Below, in pieces: positions 56,818 through 64,000 of a DNA stretch of 64,000 nucleotides (the stretch's first letter is position 1; the number at the start of each line of letters is the position of its first letter). The DNA lies in contig OZ251236.1 in the NCBI GenBank assembly GCA_965240325.2, positions 1,302,001 through 1,366,000 on the forward strand. Direction: 5' to 3'. The notes beneath the pieces are model-generated. The model worked only from the letters and a program-made list of their open reading frames with translations. It searched no databases and was not told where the DNA came from. A program made the position numbers and the translations under genes. The DNA is from Rebecca billardiae RCC1528 (taxonomy: Eukaryota > Protista > Haptophyta).

Positions 56818-58083
56818 ATGATGCGTGGCACCGCCGCTCTCATCGGAGCCCTCCTCCTCGGCACGCTCGCGGCGGCCGCATCGCCGCTGGATTCGGTCGG
56901 TGCTGACGATCTCGTCGGTGCGCCTGACTCGAGCCCCAGCGCCACTCGCCTCGTTGCCCTGCTCGAGGCAGCCGACGAGTCACCCCGCCGCAAGCTGCTT
57001 GCGTACGTCAATTGCACAGAGCAACTTGCCAATGGTGCGACGGATTGCACGGGCACTGGCGATGACGACGTGATCCGCGCGCCGTTTGTGCCCTACGGCT
57101 CCACAGACTACATCTACACGTACGGTGGGGATGGCGACGACATCATCTATGGCCACGAAAATGCGGACACGCTGTACGGCGATGCCGGCAACGACCACCT
57201 CCTCGGATACGGCGGTGCCGATTGGCTCAATGGCGGCGATGGCAACGATCTCCTGGACGGTGGAGATGGCAGCGACGTGCTGGTGGGCGGTTACGGCAAC
57301 GACACCCTCAACACTGGCGACGGCGATGACGGCACTGACGATGACCCAATAGATGGTGGTCCTGGCGACGACGTGATCAGGGGCCAGGGCGGAGACGACT
57401 ATATTATGGACCAGTTCGGGTCTGACATTCTGCTCGGTGGGCCTGGCGACGACACGATTCGCAACTATGAGTTCATGGGTTCCGCCACTCCGACGGGTGG
57501 CGACATCATCGACGGCGGTCCAGGTGCGGATAGCGCGACGCCCTTGCGCCCCCGCACTGCCCGCGCGCAGCTTCACTCAGTCAGTCACTCACGCGCCGTG
57601 CTGATCACGCGCATCGGTCCAGGTACGGACATGATATTTGCCGCGAACGGTGTCCAGGACAAGATCTACTGGTATTTCAGCGAGAACGATGTGATCAGGA
57701 GCTACGACATGGGCCTGGACCTGCTCTACCCGAACGCGCGCTCTATCTTCGCCGCAACCCCATCGCCGACGCCCTCTCCGACCCCCGAGCCCTCACCGAC
57801 CCCCGAGCCCTCGCCGACTCCCGAGCCCTCGCCGACTCCCGAGCCCTCGCCGACTCCCGAGCCCTCGCCGACTCCCGAGCCGACACCGACGCCCACATCA
57901 GAGACCACGCCCACGCCGTCTCCAAGCGTCACTTGCCCCACGGGTTGTGTGATGAGCCGTCGTGCGCGGCAGCGGCGGCGGATGTTGGAGAGCAGCGCCC
58001 ACTCGCTGCTTTTTGGCGGTTTCGGCTCCATCAAGCATCATCACAAGTGCCCCGCCGGTTGTGTCCCAGCCCGGCGCCGCTGA
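56818..58083 (+). CDS. Secreted protein with RTX/hemolysin-type Ca-binding nonapeptide repeats and a (PTPEPS)n linker
   Basis: Signal peptide [22 protein letters not shown]; repeated GGxGxDxLx units ([36 protein letters not shown]); 18-bp PEPSPT repeats; paired CPxGCV motifs. Probable intron 57524-57622. Confidence 0.88.
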   Translation: MMRGTAALIGALLLGTLAAAASPLDSVGADDLVGAPDSSPSATRLVALLEAADESPRRKLLAYVNCTEQLANGATDCTGTGDDDVIRAPFVPYGSTDYIYTYGGDGDDIIYGHENADTLYGDAGNDHLLGYGGADWLNGGDGNDLLDGGDGSDVLVGGYGNDTLNTGDGDDGTDDDPIDGGPGDDVIRGQGGDDYIMDQFGSDILLGGPGDDTIRNYEFMGSATPTGGDIIDGGPGADSATPLRPRTARAQLHSVSHSRAVLITRIGPGTDMIFAANGVQDKIYWYFSENDVIRSYDMGLDLLYPNARSIFAATPSPTPSPTPEPSPTPEPSPTPEPSPTPEPSPTPEPSPTPEPTPTPTSETTPTPSPSVTCPTGCVMSRRARQRRRMLESSAHSLLFGGFGSIKHHHKCPAGCVPARRR

Positions 58084-58563
58084 TCGGCGCGGGCCGTGTG
58101 CATGCCCTTGCCTTCGGTGCCCTAGTGGCGAAACCATCACGGTTGACCAGCATGGCCGGTAGCGCTAATCATCGCGCGCGCATATTTTCGTAGTCATAGA
58201 TCTAGTCATCACAGCTATGCTGTTTTCTGCGCGCGTGCTGCTCTTACAGTGCTCCCCGGCCCGTCCCGGGGACTCGGGAGTCGGGGCGGAGTCCCCGGTC
58301 CCGCCGCCGGGGCGCTCCGACTCCGACTCCGAGTCTCCGACGCCAGACCGCGGCGGCTGTGATTGTTGTCATGCTTCGCAGTAAGGAGTGTACATATATC
58401 AGCTCAGCTGTCGTACCCGGCGGTCGGTAGTCGTGGCATCGCCGCTCTGCCAGCTAGTGGCATCAGTGCTGACAGTGTGCTACGACAATAAGTGTGGACC
58501 ACCGACCGGCCGCTGCACGCGGTCCGCGTTGTCCCGTGTTGGCCACTGCCACGCCGCCACCGC

Positions 58564-60045
58564 TTACTGCTGCGACGCGGCAGACGAGGTTGGTGCCGCG
58601 CCGAGGACCGTCGGCGCCGCGCTGCCGTGCGCGGCGAGCAGCTCCTGCAGCTCGTCGAAGCCGATCGTCTCGGCCTCGACCAGCTTCTCCGCGAGCTCGT
58701 CGAGCAGCGCGCGGTTCGTCGTGAGCGTCTCCTTCACCGTGTCGTACGCGCGCGAGACGATGGCGGCGACCTCGGCGTCGATGCGCTCCTGCGTCGCCTC
58801 GCTCGCCATCTTGGGCGTGTTGAAGCCCGTGCCCTGCGGCCCCTCCCACGCGGTCGGGCCGAGCGCCTCGGAGGCGAAGCCCCACTGCGTCACCATCCGC
58901 CTCGCCACGTCGGCCACGCGCTGCAGGTCGCTCGACGCGCCCGTCGTCACCTCCGCCGCGCCGTACACGAGCTCCTCCGCCACGCGCCCGCCGAGCGCGA
59001 CCGCCAGCTGCGCCTCCAGGTAGCGGCGCGAGTACAGCCCGGACTCCTGCTGCTCCTCGGAGGGGACGAAGAGGGTGAAGCCGCCCGCGCCGTTGGTGCG
59101 CGGCACGATCGTCACCTTGCCCACCGCGTCGAAGCCCGGCGTGAGCGCGCCCATGATCGCGTGCCCCGCCTCGTGGTACGCCACCAGCTCCTTGCGCGCG
59201 CGCGAGCTCATACCCGTCGACTTCTCCAGCCCGACCGTCAGCCGGTCGAGCGCGTACTCGATCTCGCTCATCGAGATCTCCTCCTTGTCGCGCCGCGCGG
59301 TCACGATCGCCGCCTCGTTGAGCAGGTTCGAGAGCGACGCGCCGGAGAAGCCGGTGGTGCGCGCGGCGACGGCGTCGAGCGAGACGTCGGCCGAGAGCGG
59401 CTTGTCGGCCGCGTGCACGCCCAGGATCGCCGCGCGCCCCGCGCGGTCGGGCAGGTCGACGGGCACGCGCCGGTCGAAGCGGCCGGGGCGGAGCAGCGCG
59501 GCGTCGAGCACGTCCGCGCGGTTCGTCGCGGCGATCACCACCACGCCCGTGTCCTTCTCGAAGCCGTCCATCTCGGTGAGGATCTGGTTGAGCGTCTGCT
59601 CGCGCTCGTCGTTCCCGCCGCCACCCGCCGCCGCGCCGCTCGCGCGCGACTTGCCGATCGCGTCGATCTCGTCGATGAACACGATGCACGGGCCGTTCGC
59701 CTTGGCCTTGGCAAAGAGGTCGCGGATGCGCGACGCGCCGACGCCGACGAACATCTCGACGAACTCGGAGCCCGAGGCGGAGATGAACGGCACGCCCGCC
59801 TCGCCCGCCACCGCGCGCGCGAGCAGCGTCTTGCCCGTGCCAGGCGGACCCTCCATGATCACGCCGCGCGGCGCGCGCGCGCCCACCTTTGCAAACTTGG
59901 CGGGCGTCGAGAGGAACTCCACCACCTCGCGCAGCTCGAGCTTCGCGCCGTCGCAACCGGCGACGTCGGCGAAGGTGACGCCCGTGTTCGGCTCGAGCTG
60001 CAGCTCCGAGCGGGACTTGCCGATCTGGCTCAGCATGCCCAGCGG

Positions 60046-60082
<37 letters not shown>

Positions 60083-60642
60083 ATGCGCGGGCCGAGCAGG
60101 CTGGAGAGCAGCACGAGCGGGAACACGAGGTTCAAAGCGCCGCCGATCAGCTGGAGCGGGCCCTTGCCGCTCGGCTTGGGCGCGACTGTGAAGGGCACGT
60201 CCTTCGCGCTCAGCGCGTCGACGAGCGTGTTCTGTGCCGACGGGAAGATCGTCGTGCGCTGCGTCTCGCCGTTGGCAGTGCGCACGTACACGGTGCGATC
60301 GTCTTCGCCAAACAGCGCGTCCGTCACGGCGCCGTCCTTGATCTCGCGCTGGAGGACGGAGTACGGGATCGGCGTGGCCTGGGGCGCCTTGGGAGCGAGA
60401 GGGTTGCCGAAGAGCAGCGTGGCTGCGACGCCGAGCGTCGCCACCGGGGCGGCGGCGCGCGCGACCTTGGCGAGGCCATTGTCGTTCTTGTCGCCGCCCT
60501 CCTTCATGCGCGTCGACGCGACGCGGCTCGGCGAGACGTGCGCGGCGGCACGCGGCACGACTGGGCGTGCCGTGTGGTGGGTGTACCCGGCGCCGCCCGT
60601 CACGAGCGCGAGGAGCGTCGCGGTGGTGAGCATGAGGTTCAT
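58564..60642 (-). CDS. ftsH: Plastid-type ATP-dependent Zn metalloprotease FtsH
   Basis: [54 protein letters not shown]; N-terminal signal- and transit-like presequence. Confidence 0.95.
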
Positions 60643-61304
60643 CGTGCGTGCGCGGTGGACGTCGGTCTTGCGGCAGGTCGGTGAAGCTTCGGGACGGTGC
60701 AGGAGTTGGTTGGGACTTTCACTTGGGCGGTGAGCAAACGGCAAACGGTGGACGGAAGGGCAAGTCGGCACGATGGCCGCCTCATGCCGCCAGCGGGAAC
60801 CGCACCCGCGCCCGCTGCGGTGCGTGCGCCGTCCTACGAGAGCGGAATGCTGCTGGGAGCTCGGCCGTCCACGTTACGATCACGGCGCATCCACGCAGGT
60901 GCGCCTCGAGCGCTACATTCGCGCCGGTCAACTACACGGGGTCGACCACGGCAATGGCCCGCTGCGCGCGCGCGCCGCGCGCTTGAGATCGCTGCGGCCT
61001 GACGACCGCCTCTTCGGTCCGATTCCGACGATGATTGACGACCAAGTCTTCGGCCACCACCTGGTTGCGGTCTTCTGGGCCGACGGATGCTCGCGGATGA
61101 CGACGGAAGCGTCTGCACCACCCGCCCCCGGTCCGCGCACTTGTGGATAGACCGATCGACCGTATTTAGGTTAGAGCCGTCACTAGTTGGTACGAACGAC
61201 GCCAAGTCGTGAGCTACAGCTGCTGTAGTATTATGATCGGCTACGCCGATCTTCGGGTAGTAAACAACGAAGTTGAGGGCGCACGGCCCTAGCTAGTTCC
61301 GCGC

Positions 61305-61718
61305 GTGGCTGCGTGCGCCAGCTGCGCGCACCCGCTGCGCCCACGTTGAGCCCATGCGAGCGCCGCGCCTGCGAGCACACGCGGCGGCTCGACACAGCCG
61401 CACGGCAGTGTCGCTCGTGCGCCTGCCCGTGATCAGTCTCAGCTCTGAGGCGCGCGCTCAGGAGGGCTGCGGCCGGGCCGAGCGCGATCTGCGCAGACGG
61501 TACAGCCCGTGGTGGCTCATGGGCAGCCCGAGCCCAAAGCCCACCTCCGCCATCCGCGTCACAGCCGGCCGCTCCAGCCGAGGTCTCGCGTGCTGCGCTG
61601 CAGCCGTGCTCGGCCGAACCGGACGCCCGCCGAGCCGAAGCCGGGCACGCGGCTGATGAGCAGTGGTAGCCAGGCGAAGCCGTCGTCGCGGGCGAAGCTG
61701 CGCTGGGTGATGCGGCTG
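61305..61718 (+). repeat. Dispersed ~400-bp repeat, copy 2
   Basis: Homologous to 47319-47706 with many small indels. Confidence 0.9.
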
Positions 61719-63440
61719 AGCAGTCGGGTTATACAGATTAGTTACAGTAAACGCCGGCGAAGCGCGCGCTCCCGGAGACCACCTCGGCCCGACACTGGCG
61801 GATCACCCGGCAGTCGTCAGCCGTCTGACGCGTAGCGCGTCGACAAATGGCTGCTGACGGCGTAAAATCGGCCTGCGCGGCGGATGAAACGGCTGAAAGG
61901 CGAGGCCACGACGCCACCCAACTGGCGCACGCGCGTGCGGCCGGCGGTGCGGCGCAGCTCGGTCACTGCCACCGCTCCCGCGGGCTGCTCACTCACGCCG
62001 AGCGCTGTGTTTGACCACGAGACAGTGCCGTCGCCCGCGATGGCAGCTGCAAGCTGATCGTGCGCTCGCCGCTCCCAGACGATGCAGCAGCCACGGACGT
62101 CACACACGGCACGGGGCGAGTGTGCCTCGAGCCTGCACCACATCTTCGCCCGCGGCTGCCCTCGCAAGGCGATGTAGGTCACACGCCGCGCACCGCGCGC
62201 GTGGCCGTGATGGGTCGGCACAGCCCAGTCAAAGACACGGCATCGTATCGCCCTCTGGCCGCCAGCAGCATCACCTCTGCCGTCTGCGAGCGACTCGTAG
62301 TTGCAGCAGCAGCTGCCAAGAGCTTGCCACAAAGAAACTGCGCGACGGGCGTCAGCGCCGACGCGCGTGGACGCGGGTCGGCACCGGGGCGGGGCGCGAG
62401 GGGGGAAAGAGGCACGAATGCGATGCCGACGGCCGTTGGGACCCACCGCAGCCGCGCGCACCTGCGCTGAGTCTGTCGGATTGAACGATCGTGCGGCGGC
62501 GGCCTACATGGGCAGTGGCGGCTTTCTGCGTTCGGAGCCTCGGCTGCCCGCCCGTCAATGCGCGAGCTATAAAGGCCGTACCATGGCATAGTATTAATCA
62601 TGAAGGGAGATATTATGAAGATTTGTCCGCTCAAGTTTATCGTTCATATTCGTCAAGCTCTCCCGGTGAGTCCCGGACGCGCCGGTATTAAATGGGAGAG
62701 AATCAAGGGTCGTGCGTGAAGCGGTAGAAATTCTTATGCTCATGAGATTTCATCAGGCCCGTCAGGATTGCCACCCGCATTGACGTCGTATCAGTAGATG
62801 ACCAAAACTATATCAGCAAGGGTAGCTTGATAACCATATGATACAAGGGCGCGCGGGAACGTCGATTCAAGCTGCCCGCGCAATACCATATCGCGTCGCT
62901 TTGATGAATCTGAGCAGTGAACAGCTATCCAGAGAATTAGTTCGATATCTCACCTTTTTATGGTCAGTTCAACACACGAATCTTGACTATCAGAAAGGTA
63001 TCAGAGATGACTTCGTCTATTTGATTCCGATTTCTTCTATTACTTACTATCCAAGGATTAAGGAGCAGTACAAACGCAATCATGAGCAGCGAAATGGGGT
63101 CTCTATGCTGCGGATTTCACACCTAAATCCGCCTACAAAAATCCCCCAAATCCTGCGCGCATCCTCTTTTTTGATTTTGCGGAGCACGTGCGCCGCCCCC
63201 CCCCGGCTTTCGCTCACGCTCAGACCTTTCGGGGGGGGCGTGCGCCATCACAGTAGAACTCATCAGTGTGAAGACTCCGCGGCCTGAGTCGAACTACTAT
63301 ATCTACTCTCTCTCTCTCTCTCTAGCTATCAGCCGCGTGATTTGTGAGTACGGTCCGACGGCATGTCACGCCGGCCGGCGGCGGCACTCACACGCTCGGG
63401 ACCAGTCTAACCATCAGCAGTGTAAGTATCAGCAGTGTAA

Positions 63441-63443
<3 letters not shown>

Positions 63444-63507
<64 letters not shown>
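63444..63507 (+). repeat. (TC)n microsatellite
   Basis: About 30 TC units; a shorter run lies near 63307-63322. Confidence 0.95.
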
Positions 63508-63508
<1 letters not shown>

Positions 63509-64000
63509 GTATCAGTATGACTATGCGCGCCCGGGCCGCGTGGTTTAGACTGTATCAGACTCAGAGGACCGCGGTAATCGGGAATACGGTAGTAGCTAGG
63601 GTGCGGCACTACGACTACGCAGCGGGCTCATCATTTAATTCACTTTATACTTAGTTCGTCCGTGCTAGCTAGTACGTAACGTTCACTACGTAGTCGACTC
63701 GGCGACTCCGGCGACCGGCGGCGAGCCGCGTGTCACGCGGCGAGCCGCGCGGCTGTTGTCTTACGTTGATTACTGTAGTCATTCGCCGAGCCGCCCTGCT
63801 GCCGCTGCGCGACCGCGTATCGTCAGCCGATATATATCGTCAGCATTCCGTCCGATCGATCATTACGGATCAGCGCGCGCGGCTGCGTCGTATCTGAGCC
63901 TCGGATGTCCGCGGCGGCATTCTCTCCGACTCCGTCCGCGATATCAGTATCAGCAGCATTGATTGAGTATAGCTAATAATCATATGATTCAATCAGATTG

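Noticed and set aside
60773-61150. 125-aa ORF divergent from ftsH with somewhat protein-like composition
   Set aside because: No recognisable family or convincing start; it may be a gene relic but cannot be supported.
61817-62634. Minus-strand ORFs of 150-214 aa
   Set aside because: No motifs, lies between repeat fragments, and lacks the host codon bias.
62700-62780. Faint resemblance to SSU rRNA (gcggtagaaattctt)
   Set aside because: Only a short word matches; the flanking conserved rRNA motifs are absent.
62838-63287. 149-aa ORF in the low-GC island
   Set aside because: No recognisable domain and codon usage unlike host genes.

Overview
A very GC-rich eukaryotic nuclear window. Short GC-rich spliceosomal introns, one GC-AG intron and signal+transit presequences on plastid proteins point to a secondary-plastid flagellated alga, most likely a haptophyte of the Pavlova/Diacronema type (inference). 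Protein-coding genes, in order: the 5' end of a DNAH1-like inner-arm dynein (-), an EEP/sphingomyelinase-like phosphoesterase, a two-domain PRMT7/9-like methyltransferase, a complete outer-arm beta-type dynein heavy chain, UBE2S, an NPPY-motif amino-methyltransferase, plastid ferredoxin, a 5070-aa VPS13-like protein ending in a PX domain, a small membrane protein, a NIMA-related kinase, a CBM2-like surface protein, an MFS transporter, an RTX-repeat secreted protein and plastid FtsH. The most unusual structure is a ~5.3-kb element (about 20380-25693). It is bounded by a 14-bp inverted motif and carries oppositely oriented arrays of a ~200-bp dimeric CTTTACA satellite. These arrays flank the decayed remnant of a giant-virus/PrimPol-type AEP primase with a UL52-like zinc finger. 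Other mobile DNA includes a TA-flanked Tc1/mariner-type MITE, a CACAGTG-terminated segment and a dispersed ~400-bp repeat. All family assignments come from motif recognition by eye; no searches were run.
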